A stretch of 62,607 nucleotides of DNA, filler included. It is 4 parts of 4 records of this genome, joined end to end, with 100 filler letters (N's around TTAATTAATTAA, not from the genome) between each part and the next. Parts side by side here need not be neighbours in the genome. Positions count along the whole stretch, not along the records: positions 14,176 to 25,685 come from SRR31156797_1840; positions 25,786 to 56,607 come from SRR31156797_1850; 2 more parts are not named here. One strand, 5' to 3'. The position numbers were made by a program, and so were the translations under genes. This document shows, piece after piece, positions 19,040 through 27,643 of this stretch. The notes beneath the pieces were generated by a model. That model worked only from the letters and a program-made list of their open reading frames with translations, did no database searches and had not been told where the DNA came from. Every line of letters begins with the position of its first letter. Position 1 is the first letter of the stretch.

Positions 19040-20575
19040 ATGGAAGTGGAAAAGATCCGTTCCCTGCGGGTCGAAGGGATTACCAAACGCTTTCCCGGCG
19101 TCCTCGCCTGCGACGATATCAGTCTTTCCATAGAGGAGAACGAGGTACTGGCGCTGGTGGGAGAGAACGGAGCGGGAAAGACGACCCTGATGAATATTCT
19201 GATGGGATTGTATCAGCCCGACGAGGGCCGTATCCTTCTGAACGATAGGCCTGTGCATTTCAAGTCGCCCCGGGACGCCTTCGACGCGGGGATCGGGATG
19301 GTTCATCAGCGCTATATGCTGGTTCCGAACCTGACGGTACTGGAGAACATCGCCCTGGGAATGAACGAGGCCCATAAGAAGGGGCTTGTGAAGCTGGGGG
19401 ATGTGAGAGACCGGATCGAGGAGGTCAGCCGGCGCTACGGCCTTGTCTGCGATCCCGACGCCTATGTCTGGCAGCTTTCCGTGGGCGAGCAGCAGAGGGT
19501 GGAGCTGATCAAGACCCTCTGTTACGGCGCCCGCTTTCTGATCCTGGATGAGCCGACCTCCGCCCTGACCCCTCAGGAGACGGACGAGCTCCTGGCCCTG
19601 CTGGCCAAGATGTCGGAGAGCCTGTCCATCATCTTCATCAGCCATAAGCTGCACGAGGTGAAGGCCCTCTCCCACAAGGTCAGCATCCTCCGCCACGGCA
19701 GGGTGACCTTTTCCGGGGATACGGAGGACTACAGTCCTGCCGAACTGGCTTCCTTTATGACCGGATCGGAGGTCCACCTTCCCGTGAACGATAACGCCTC
19801 CTGCGGGGAGGAAACCCTTCTGGATATAAAGAATCTGACGGTCCAAAGCGACCGGGGATTCAACGCCCTGGACGACTTCAGTCTCTCCGTCTGCGCCGGT
19901 CAGATCGTCGGGCTGGCCGGGGTGTCCGGGAACGGCCAGAAGGAGCTCGCCGAATCTATCAACGGCATTCGCAAGACCGTATCGGGTTCCATCCTCTTTC
20001 AGGACGAAGAGATCGCGAACCTCAGCCCGGGAGAGATCATCTCCAGGGGGATGGGCTATATCCCCGAAGACAGGAACACGGAGGGGATCATACCCTCCTT
20101 CTCCATCCGGGAGAACCTGATCCTCAAGGACAATCACGGCGAGAGGTTCAGCCGCTTCACCTTTCTGAATCTGCCGGAAATCCTGAAGTCCGCCGAGGAG
20201 CTGAAGGAACGTTTCGATATCCGCTGCCCCGGGACGGAAGTCGCGGCCGGCTCCCTGTCGGGGGGGAATATCCAAAAGGTCATCCTGGCCCGCGAGATTG
20301 ACCGGTCCCCTCTCTTTCTGGTGGCCGTCTATCCCACGCGGGGGCTGGACATGGGGGCCGCCGAGTTTATCCATCAGCAGCTCCTGAAGCTGAGGGAGCA
20401 GGGGGTGGGGATACTCCTTGTCTCCGAGGAACTGGAGGAGATCATCAACCTCTCCGACCGCGTGGCGGTCATCTACAAGGGGAAGGTCATGAAGGTTCTG
20501 GACAGCGGTGAGGCTGACCAGAAGAAGCTGGGACTTCTTATGGCGGGGGTGCATGATGACAAAGAAGCAGTTTGA
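19040..20575 (+). CDS. nucleoside ABC transporter ATP-binding protein (tandem NBDs)
   Basis: GENGAGKT, LSVGEQQRVE, LILDEPT, LSGGNIQK, PTRGLD. Confidence 0.95.
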   Translation: MEVEKIRSLRVEGITKRFPGVLACDDISLSIEENEVLALVGENGAGKTTLMNILMGLYQPDEGRILLNDRPVHFKSPRDAFDAGIGMVHQRYMLVPNLTVLENIALGMNEAHKKGLVKLGDVRDRIEEVSRRYGLVCDPDAYVWQLSVGEQQRVELIKTLCYGARFLILDEPTSALTPQETDELLALLAKMSESLSIIFISHKLHEVKALSHKVSILRHGRVTFSGDTEDYSPAELASFMTGSEVHLPVNDNASCGEETLLDIKNLTVQSDRGFNALDDFSLSVCAGQIVGLAGVSGNGQKELAESINGIRKTVSGSILFQDEEIANLSPGEIISRGMGYIPEDRNTEGIIPSFSIRENLILKDNHGERFSRFTFLNLPEILKSAEELKERFDIRCPGTEVAAGSLSGGNIQKVILAREIDRSPLFLVAVYPTRGLDMGAAEFIHQQLLKLREQGVGILLVSEELEEIINLSDRVAVIYKGKVMKVLDSGEADQKKLGLLMAGVHDDKEAV

Positions 20576-21665
20576 CCTTCTCTTCAAGGTCTGCATCATG
20601 CTCCTGGCCATCGCCGCGGCGGCCCTGCTGGGAGCGCTGGTCCTCTGGACCATCGGAGCTGAGGTGCTGAAGACCTTCTTCGTTATCTTTATCGAGCCCC
20701 TGAAGAGTTTTTATATCTTCACCGAGGTCATGATCCGGGCCATACCGCTTATCTTTGTGGCCCTGGGCATCACCATCGCCTTCCGCAGCGGCATCCTGAA
20801 CATCGGCGCCGAGGGGCAGATCTTTATGGGGATCCTGGGATCCACCATCGTGGCGGTGACCCTGCCGGACCTTCCCCGCTTCGCCATGATCCCCATGGCC
20901 ATGGCCCTGGCTATGGTGATGGGAGGCATATTCGGGGCCATCCCGGGATTTCTGAAGGCCCGGCTGCAGGTGAGCGAACTGCTCTCCACGGTGATGATGA
21001 ACTACATCGCCGCACAGGTTTATATCCTCTGCATACGGGGCCCGCTGATCGATCCGGCAGAGCTGGTCACCGGCTCGGGTACCCCCCAGAGCATCCGCTT
21101 CCCCAAGGCCGCATGGCTGGGCCGTCTGGTTCCGGGAACCCGTCTCCATTCGGGGATGATCATCGCCCTGGTCCTGGCCTTCATCGTCTATATCTTCCTC
21201 TGGCGTACCTCCTTCGGATACAAGATGAGAGCCGCCGGCGCCGAGGCCAAGGCCGCCCGTTACGGCGGCATCAACGTCTCCCGCTATCTGGTGGTGGCCA
21301 TGGGCCTCTCCGGCGCCCTGGCGGGGCTGGCCGGAAGCTCCGAGGTTCTGGGGCTCCACCGCCGGGCCATCGAGGGCATCACCTCGGGCTACGGCTTCAC
21401 GGGCATCGTCGTCGCCCTGTTCGGCGGGCTTCATCCGGCGGGCATCATTCCCGCGTCCTTCCTCTTCGGGCTTATCCTGGTGGGAGGGGACATGACCCAG
21501 AGGATGGTGGGCGTACCCGCCAATATGGTCCAGGTCCTTCAGGGCATCATCATCCTGGTGATCGTCTCGGTGAAGATGGTGGTCAACAATCCCTACATCC
21601 TTGAAAGGGCCGAGCGCCGATTCGGGCGTTTCATCAGCGAAAAAACAGAGGAGGTGCCCGCATGA
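20553..21665 (+). CDS. nucleoside ABC transporter permease
   Basis: NIGAEGQ, GFTGIVVALFG; ATGATG at 20553 overlaps the ATPase end. Confidence 0.92.
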   Translation: MMTKKQFDLLFKVCIMLLAIAAAALLGALVLWTIGAEVLKTFFVIFIEPLKSFYIFTEVMIRAIPLIFVALGITIAFRSGILNIGAEGQIFMGILGSTIVAVTLPDLPRFAMIPMAMALAMVMGGIFGAIPGFLKARLQVSELLSTVMMNYIAAQVYILCIRGPLIDPAELVTGSGTPQSIRFPKAAWLGRLVPGTRLHSGMIIALVLAFIVYIFLWRTSFGYKMRAAGAEAKAARYGGINVSRYLVVAMGLSGALAGLAGSSEVLGLHRRAIEGITSGYGFTGIVVALFGGLHPAGIIPASFLFGLILVGGDMTQRMVGVPANMVQVLQGIIILVIVSVKMVVNNPYILERAERRFGRFISEKTEEVPA

Positions 21666-22609
21666 TCGACTTTCTTATGGGTATTCTGATACTGGGTATC
21701 CCCTTTTCCATCTCCCTGCTTCTGGCGTCCCTGGGGGAGATGTTCAACCAGCGGGCCGGCGTCTTTAACCTGGGCTGCGAGGGGATCATGTCCATGGGCG
21801 CCTTCGTCGGTTTCCTCGTCCCCTATATGATGGGGCAGGGGGGGGCCTATCCCTGGTACGGCAACCTCCTGGGGATCCTCGCCGCCATGGCCGTGGGAGC
21901 CCTTTTGGGTCTCTTCTTCGCCGTTGTCGTCATCACATTCAAGGCTCCCCAGGGCATAGCCGGAATCGGCCTTCAGATGTTCGGCGTGGGCGTGGGCGGA
22001 ACCCTGTTCCGCCACTTCATCGGCGGGATCGCCAGCATCTCGGGGATCAACGCCGTTCCCATTCCCGGTCTGTCGAAGATCCCCCTTCTGGGAGATATCT
22101 TCTTCAACCACAACCTGATCGTCTACTTCGCCCTGCTCATGGTGCCCGCTTCCTGGTTTATCCTGATGAAGACCTCCTGGGGGCTGAAGCTGAGGGCCTG
22201 CGGGACTACCCCCCGGGCGGCGGACAGCGTGGGGATCAACGTCAACAGGATACGCTATCAGTCCCTGTTGCTGGGCGGCGCCCTGGCGGGATTGGCGGGG
22301 GCCTATCTCTCCCTCTGCCAGGTGAAGATGTTCGCCGACTCCCTGATCGCCGGACGCGGATTCATCGCCGTGGCCCTTGTCTACTTCGGCAAGTGGAGCC
22401 CCTGGGGCGTTCTCTGGGGGGCCCTGCTCTTCAGTCTGACCCAGGTCCTCCAGCTCAAGATCCAGACAATGGGGATCGCCATCCCCTACGAGTTCGCGGT
22501 CATGCTGCCCTATGTGCTGGTTATCGTCGTGCTGGCCCTTTCCCGGAAGAGTCAGCACCTGAGTCCCCTGGCCCTGGGCAAGCCCTTCGACCGGGAGAAT
22601 AGACTATAG
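21662..22609 (+). CDS. nucleoside ABC transporter permease
   Basis: GVFNLGCEGIM, AADSVGINV, GRGFIAVA, P.ALGKPF. Confidence 0.92.
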   Translation: MIDFLMGILILGIPFSISLLLASLGEMFNQRAGVFNLGCEGIMSMGAFVGFLVPYMMGQGGAYPWYGNLLGILAAMAVGALLGLFFAVVVITFKAPQGIAGIGLQMFGVGVGGTLFRHFIGGIASISGINAVPIPGLSKIPLLGDIFFNHNLIVYFALLMVPASWFILMKTSWGLKLRACGTTPRAADSVGINVNRIRYQSLLLGGALAGLAGAYLSLCQVKMFADSLIAGRGFIAVALVYFGKWSPWGVLWGALLFSLTQVLQLKIQTMGIAIPYEFAVMLPYVLVIVVLALSRKSQHLSPLALGKPFDRENRL

Positions 22610-22785
22610 GGACGTATCGCAGGACGAAGTCCGAGAAACGTGCCCGGCTTTATAGGATCGCACCACAGGCGTAGCCGAGGAGCGATCCCGGCTATTACAG
22701 GGACGTATCGCATATAGGGACGGACCACAGGCCTATAGGCCGAGGACCGTGTCCGGCTAGGACGAAGTCCGAGACCGTACCCGCT
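22605..22785. repeat. cluster of four ~45-bp REP-like palindromic units, one nested in another
   Basis: Units TA(T/C)AGG...CGGCT at 22605-22649, 22651-22693, 22696-22712 joined to 22759-22785 (split), and 22713-22758 (inserted). Confidence 0.8.
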
Positions 22786-22843
22786 CAGGGCTGCGCCCAT
22801 GGAGCGAGCCTGTTCAAGGGGCGCAGCCTGTAACCAATCCGGT

Positions 22844-22876
22844 CCCCTCCTCCTTTCGGGGAGGGGCATTCTTTTT
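22844..22876 (+). terminator. intrinsic terminator between the ABC operon and rex
   Basis: CCCCTCC...GGAGGGG stem followed by ATTCTTTTT. Confidence 0.65.
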
Positions 22877-22886
22877 CCATTCCGGC

Positions 22887-23507
22887 TCAGCTGTTCTTGC
22901 CGCTGATCTGGAAGAAGAGGTTCTCCAGCTCCAGCACGATATTCACATTCTGTATGCGTATGGACTCATTGGATTTCAACTCGACCGGCGTGAAGTTCAG
23001 TATCCCCTTGATACCCGCTTCCTGAAGCAGGTCGCGGGTATGGGACGCCGCTCCGGCGGGAACGCAGAGCACCGCCACCTTTATCTCGTGCTGGCCCACG
23101 TAGTTGTTCAGGACCTCCATGGGATAGATGGGGATGCCGTTGATCTCGGCGTCCCGGGGATTGATATCGAAGCCCGCTGAGATGTTGATTCCCTCCTTAT
23201 AGAAGGCCTCATGCTTGATCAGGGCCTTCCCCAGGTTCCCGCAGCCGACGACTACGACGTCCTGGAGCTCGCTGGTTCCCAGTAGTTTATTCAGGGATTC
23301 CAGAAGGTCGTTTATGTTGTAACCGCCCTTCCTGTTCCCCTGGCTCAGCTGCATCCTGGAAAAGTCCTTCCTCACCAGTGCCGGAGTGATGCCTACGGCG
23401 TCTCCCAGATTGCTGGAGAACACTTTTTCCAATCCAAGTGATTTGAGCTGAATCAGTATTCTTTTGTATTTGATGAGTCGTGTAGTGTATTCATTATTAC
23501 CCTTCAT
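22887..23507 (-). CDS. rex: redox-sensing transcriptional repressor Rex
   Basis: RLIKYKRIL...SSNLG...VRKDFS...GY winged helix; VVGCGNLGKAL Rossmann motif; GIKGILNFTP. Confidence 0.93.
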   Translation of the reverse strand: MKGNNEYTTRLIKYKRILIQLKSLGLEKVFSSNLGDAVGITPALVRKDFSRMQLSQGNRKGGYNINDLLESLNKLLGTSELQDVVVVGCGNLGKALIKHEAFYKEGINISAGFDINPRDAEINGIPIYPMEVLNNYVGQHEIKVAVLCVPAGAASHTRDLLQEAGIKGILNFTPVELKSNESIRIQNVNIVLELENLFFQISGKNS

Positions 23508-23516
23508 AATGCTTTA

Positions 23517-23534
23517 TTGTGACACGGTTCACAA
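23517..23534. promoter_or_regulatory. Rex operator
   Basis: TTGTGA-CACGGT-TCACAA, extending to TTATTGTGA...TCACAATAA; Rex consensus TTGTGAANNNNTTCACAA. Confidence 0.85.
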
Positions 23535-23592
23535 TAATTGTAAAGTTAGGCTCGCCTAAGCCTGTTCTATCACAAAAAATGCAAGAAATTCA

Positions 23593-23621
23593 TTGAAAAA
23601 TAACAGTTTCCTCTCTATAAT
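23593..23621 (+). promoter_or_regulatory. sigma-70 promoter of the hydrogenase operon
   Basis: TTGAAA-N17-TATAAT; RBS GGGAGG before 23663. Confidence 0.75.
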
Positions 23622-23662
23622 GGCGAAATCAATATTTTTATATAGATTAATAGGGAGGTTCC

Positions 23663-24139
23663 ATGCCTGTTGAAACAGAAGAACTGAAAATGACCGATGG
23701 TCTGCTTAGTTTCATCGAAGAATGGAAAGAGAAACCCGGTAACCTGATTATGGTACTGCACCGGGTCCAGGAAGAGTACGGCTATATTCCCCGTAACATC
23801 GCGTTCGAGCTGGGAAAGATTCTTGACGTACCTTTGGCAAAGATCTACGGAGTAGTAACCTTTTATCACTTCTTTAAGACAGAGAAGCCCGGTAAGCACA
23901 TGATCTCCGTATGTATGGGAACGGCCTGCTATCTCAAGGGCGGTCAGGATCTTATCGACGAACTGGAAAATCTTCTGGGCGTCGGATGCGGCGGAACGAC
24001 CGAGGACGGTCAGTTTTCACTGGAAGCGGTCCGCTGTATCGGATGCTGTGGTCTCGCACCTGTTCTGACAGTCGGAAACGAGGTTTTCGGAAAGCTGACC
24101 ACCGAGATGCTTCCTGAGATTATCGCCAAGTTCAAGTAA
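23663..24139 (+). CDS. NuoE-like 2Fe-2S subunit (HydC/HndA type) of an NAD(P)-linked [FeFe]-hydrogenase
   Basis: CMGTAC and RCIGCCGLAP; VVTFYHFF. Confidence 0.9.
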   Translation: MPVETEELKMTDGLLSFIEEWKEKPGNLIMVLHRVQEEYGYIPRNIAFELGKILDVPLAKIYGVVTFYHFFKTEKPGKHMISVCMGTACYLKGGQDLIDELENLLGVGCGGTTEDGQFSLEAVRCIGCCGLAPVLTVGNEVFGKLTTEMLPEIIAKFK

Positions 24140-24156
24140 TCAGCGCTTAGATCCTG

Positions 24157-24711
24157 ATGCATTATTCACTGGCTGACATGATTCTGGACCTGGTTCAGAA
24201 TTCGGTCGAGGCTGATGCCGAGACAATCCACCTGGACCTTATCCGCAGCGAAAAAAATCTGACCGTCCGCCTGGCCGACAACGGCAAAGGGATGACGGAA
24301 GGAGAACTGGAAAAGGCGAAGGACCCGTTTTACACCGACGGGATCAAGCATAGGCACCGTAAGGTCGGGCTTGGAATCCCCTTTCTGATTCAGACGGTAG
24401 AGCAGGCTGACGGCAGCTTTGAAATACATTCTGAGAAGAATATGGGAACCTCTTTGAATATACGTTTCAATCTGGAGAACGTGGATACGCCTCCGGAGGG
24501 AGATTTGCCGGGACTGTTTATGCAGACCCTCTGTTTCGAAGGGGATTACGAACTGATCATCAACAGGATGATCACCAGTGAAGAGGGAAGTGAGACCGGA
24601 TACACCCTCAGCCGCAATGAGCTGAAGGAGGTCCTGGGAGACTTCAATGATTCAGGCTCCATGGTTCTGTTACGTGACTATCTAAGATCACAGGAAGAAG
24701 ATCTTTCATAA
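24157..24711 (+). CDS. histidine-kinase-like ATPase (HATPase_c)
   Basis: QNSVEA, DNGKGM, DPFYT, GLGIP; a gene typical of hyd operons. Confidence 0.85.
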   Translation: MHYSLADMILDLVQNSVEADAETIHLDLIRSEKNLTVRLADNGKGMTEGELEKAKDPFYTDGIKHRHRKVGLGIPFLIQTVEQADGSFEIHSEKNMGTSLNIRFNLENVDTPPEGDLPGLFMQTLCFEGDYELIINRMITSEEGSETGYTLSRNELKEVLGDFNDSGSMVLLRDYLRSQEEDLS

Positions 24712-24734
24712 CGAAAGAAGCTAAGGAGATAAAA

Positions 24735-25124
24735 ATGGCTAAAATGACCCTTGAGGAACTGCGGAAGCTCCGGGACTCTCAGAAGAGCGAGATGGAGCGC
24801 AGAGACGTAGAAGGTAAAGAGACACATATCATTGTCGGCATGGGGACCTGCGGTATCGCCGCCGGTGCCAAGGAAGCCCTGGACGGATTCCTGGATGCCA
24901 TCAAGAAGAATAATTTGAACGATGTCGTAGTAAAGCAGACCGGGTGCATGGGACTGTGTTACACCGAGCCCACCGTGGAAGTCAAAGTACCGGGAATGCC
25001 CGACACTATCTACGGCAAGGTTGACGCCGCTGTAGCTGCCGAGATCGTCGAAAAGCATATCATGAAGAAGGAAATGGTTCAGAACCACGTCCAGGATAAG
25101 CCCGCAGGCGACATCATCAAATAG
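24735..25124 (+). CDS. thioredoxin-like 2Fe-2S ferredoxin (HndB/HydD type)
   Basis: GMGTCGIAAGA and QTGCMGLCYTEP. Confidence 0.88.
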   Translation: MAKMTLEELRKLRDSQKSEMERRDVEGKETHIIVGMGTCGIAAGAKEALDGFLDAIKKNNLNDVVVKQTGCMGLCYTEPTVEVKVPGMPDTIYGKVDAAVAAEIVEKHIMKKEMVQNHVQDKPAGDIIK

Positions 25125-25142
25125 GATTAAAGAGAGGAAGCT

Positions 25143-25685
25143 ATGGCAGTAAAGAACTATATACTGGTTTGTGGCGGTACCGCCTGTGAATCCGCGAAGG
25201 GAGATGATATCTACAAGAACCTCCTGAAGGAAGCGCAGGAACAGGGTGTTGCCGACGACGTACAGATTGTTAAGACCGGATGTTTCGGTTTCTGTGAAAA
25301 GGGACCCATCGTAAAGGTTCTTCCCGAACAGGCCTTCTATGTAGAGGTCGTTCCCGAGGACGCCAAAGAGATCATCGCCGAAACCGTTATCAAGGGACGT
25401 ATCGTAGAGCGCATCCAGTACCAGCCCGAGAAGGGCGCCAAGGGCGATGCCTTCGATATCGACAACATAGAGTTCTACCAGAAGCAGTACAGAATCGTTC
25501 TGAGAAACTGCGGTCTGATCAACCCCGAAAACATCGACGAGTACATCGCCAGAGACGGTTATGCCGGCCTGGAGAAGTGTCTGTTCGAAATGAAGCCCGA
25601 AGATATCATCGAAGAGCTCAAGGTCTCCGGACTCCGCGGACGCGGCGGTGCGGGATTCCCCACCTGGATGAAGTGGAACTTCACC
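25143..25685 (+). CDS. NuoF-like flavin subunit (HydB/HndC type), 3' truncated
   Basis: [38 protein letters not shown]. Confidence 0.92.
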
Positions 25686-25785
25686 NNNNNNNNNNNNNNN
25701 NNNNNNNNNNNNNNNNNNNNNNNNNNNNNTTAATTAATTAANNNNNNNNNNNNNNNNNNNNNNNNNNNNNNNNNNNNNNNNNNNN
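25686..25785. other. artificial contig spacer
   Basis: N44-TTAATTAATTAA-N44. Confidence 0.98.
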
Positions 25786-25818
25786 AGCCCTCCCGGATTA
25801 ATCCGGGAGGGCTTTTTT
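25786..25818 (+). terminator. intrinsic terminator
   Basis: AGCCCTCCCGGA-TTAA-TCCGGGAGGGCT followed by TTTTT. Confidence 0.85.
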
Positions 25819-25882
25819 CTATCCTTGCAATTCCCACCATGTACGTTTAAAAAAAAGCAACATCACAATCCGGGGGAAAACA

Positions 25883-26473
25883 ATGAACATCAAAGGCTTC
25901 TTAAAAACCGCAATCCTGCCTGCCGCCCTGCTGGCAATGACAGTTACATCAGCAGCGGCTGACGAAAAAATATTTACTGTAATCAACCATACAGATTCCG
26001 TGATCCGAGTCTGGGGCAAATCCAATGATTACAAATTCGGGCGCATCAAGCCCAAAACCATTGCCGACTGCACCTGCAACGCTCTTTACAATAAAGACTG
26101 CTTTGACAAAAAAGGCGGCAAGGCCAAGATCAAACTGGCCCTTGAAGCCAAAAACGGCAAAGACCTTTACTCCGGGGACACCTGCACCAAGCTTTACGTT
26201 GATCCCGGAACATTCATTGATGTCACTTACGACACTGATAGAAGACACATCCGCTGCGCCATCATTGATAAATATGAAATCAGACAACCCATTCCTTCAT
26301 TTGAAGAAGCTGACACCAATAAGGATGGAAAGATTGACGAGCAAGAAGCCGAGGCTATCCAGTTGAAATCAAACTTTAAGGATTTTGACGATGACCTGAA
26401 CCGGGAACTGAACCCCAAGGAATTTGATAGGGCTATCGATAAAATCAATATTTTTCGCGGCGTACCTTTCTAG
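25883..26473 (+). CDS. secreted protein with C-terminal EF-hand pair
   Basis: Signal peptide ending SAAA; loops DTNKDGKIDEQE and DDDLNRELNPKE. Confidence 0.7.
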   Translation: MNIKGFLKTAILPAALLAMTVTSAAADEKIFTVINHTDSVIRVWGKSNDYKFGRIKPKTIADCTCNALYNKDCFDKKGGKAKIKLALEAKNGKDLYSGDTCTKLYVDPGTFIDVTYDTDRRHIRCAIIDKYEIRQPIPSFEEADTNKDGKIDEQEAEAIQLKSNFKDFDDDLNRELNPKEFDRAIDKINIFRGVPF

Positions 26474-26486
26474 CACTGGAGCAATT

Positions 26487-27005
26487 ATGACCAAGAGCAA
26501 TCCTGTACTTGAAGCTATTTTTGAACGCCGTTCCATCAGAAAATTCACTGCTGAACCTGTTTCAAAAGAGGACCTGACCGCCATTCTGGAAGCCGGACGC
26601 TGGACACCCAGCGGACTGAACAACCAGCCATACCGTTTTCTGGTTATCCATGACGATGACGCGCGAGTCGAACCACTCGCTGAATGCACCAAGTACGGGC
26701 ACATCGTCAAAGCTGCCAAGGTGCTGCTCTGCGTCTTTCTGGACAAGCAGGCCATGTACAGCGAAATGAAAGATCATCAGGGCGCTGGAGCATGCACCCA
26801 GAACATGATGCTAGCCGCCCATTCACTCGGACTGGGAACCGTCTGGCTGGGTGAAATAATCAATCAGCAGGATCAGTTTTTGGAAGTAATCAAACTTTCT
26901 GCTGAACGTTATGAACTGCAAGTCGTTATTGCCCTCGGCCACCCGGATCAGCAGGGCAGCTCAAAACGAAACGAACTCTCAGAATATATGTTGGAGGATT
27001 TTTAA
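26487..27005 (+). CDS. nitroreductase-family protein
   Basis: RRSIRKF, PSGLNNQP, QNMMLAAHSLGLGTVW; ATG 26487 follows GGAG. Confidence 0.92.
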   Translation: MTKSNPVLEAIFERRSIRKFTAEPVSKEDLTAILEAGRWTPSGLNNQPYRFLVIHDDDARVEPLAECTKYGHIVKAAKVLLCVFLDKQAMYSEMKDHQGAGACTQNMMLAAHSLGLGTVWLGEIINQQDQFLEVIKLSAERYELQVVIALGHPDQQGSSKRNELSEYMLEDF

Positions 27006-27631
27006 TGGAAATCAAGATTTTTCCCCTCGGTCCGCTAGAGACCAACTGTTTTGTAATTGTTAACGAGAACAAAGCGCTGGTCATTGATCCGGGCGGCGAC
27101 CCGACTCAGGTGCTTTCCTATCTGAAAAAAACTGGAGTTGAGCTGGAGCGCATCCTGAACACCCATCTCCACTTTGACCATATCCTCGGTAACCGCGCGC
27201 TGGCCGACGCTACCGGTAAAACCATCTATGCCTCAAACGACGACCTCGTGCTCATGGACACACAGGTCGGACGCGGCGGCCTGATGGGCTTCCCGGAAGT
27301 TCCCCATTTTGATACCGAGCACATCGGTGAAGGCGAGACCGAGCTGATCGGTCTAGAATGTAAGATCTACTCTACCCCCGGACACACTCCGGGCAGCCTG
27401 ACCTTTCATTTTCCAGCCCTGAAATCCGCAATCGTTGGAGACCTCATTTTCCGCCGCTCCATCGGCAGAACCGATTTCCCCTACGGTGACACTGAACAGC
27501 TGCTGAATTCAGTCAAAGAAAAAATATTCACCCTCCCTGCTGAAACTGAACTCTTCGCCGGACACGGTCCCTCGACCAGCGTTGGAGACGAAATGAATCA
27601 CAACCCCTATTTCAGCGGGGTTCATATCTAA
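27005..27631 (+). CDS. MBL-fold metallo-hydrolase (glyoxalase II/YcbL-like)
   Basis: THLHFDH, TPGHTPGS, GDLIF, GHGP. Confidence 0.92.
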   Translation: MEIKIFPLGPLETNCFVIVNENKALVIDPGGDPTQVLSYLKKTGVELERILNTHLHFDHILGNRALADATGKTIYASNDDLVLMDTQVGRGGLMGFPEVPHFDTEHIGEGETELIGLECKIYSTPGHTPGSLTFHFPALKSAIVGDLIFRRSIGRTDFPYGDTEQLLNSVKEKIFTLPAETELFAGHGPSTSVGDEMNHNPYFSGVHI

Positions 27632-27643
27632 ACGGAGGACAAT

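Noticed and set aside
19034-22558. Long minus-strand ORFs (539, 298 and 321 aa) over the ABC operon
   Set aside because: Antisense shadows of high-GC genes; the + strand frames carry clear ABC motifs
22605-22785. Possible CRISPR array or self-cleaving ribozyme cluster
   Set aside because: Units abut with no unique spacers, no cas genes are present, and no hammerhead CUGANGA/GAAA core was seen
22786-22830. Hairpin CAGGGCTGCGCCC...GGGCGCAGCCTG as SRP or 6S RNA
   Set aside because: Lacks the SRP domain IV motif and is too short for 6S; left as an unassigned hairpin
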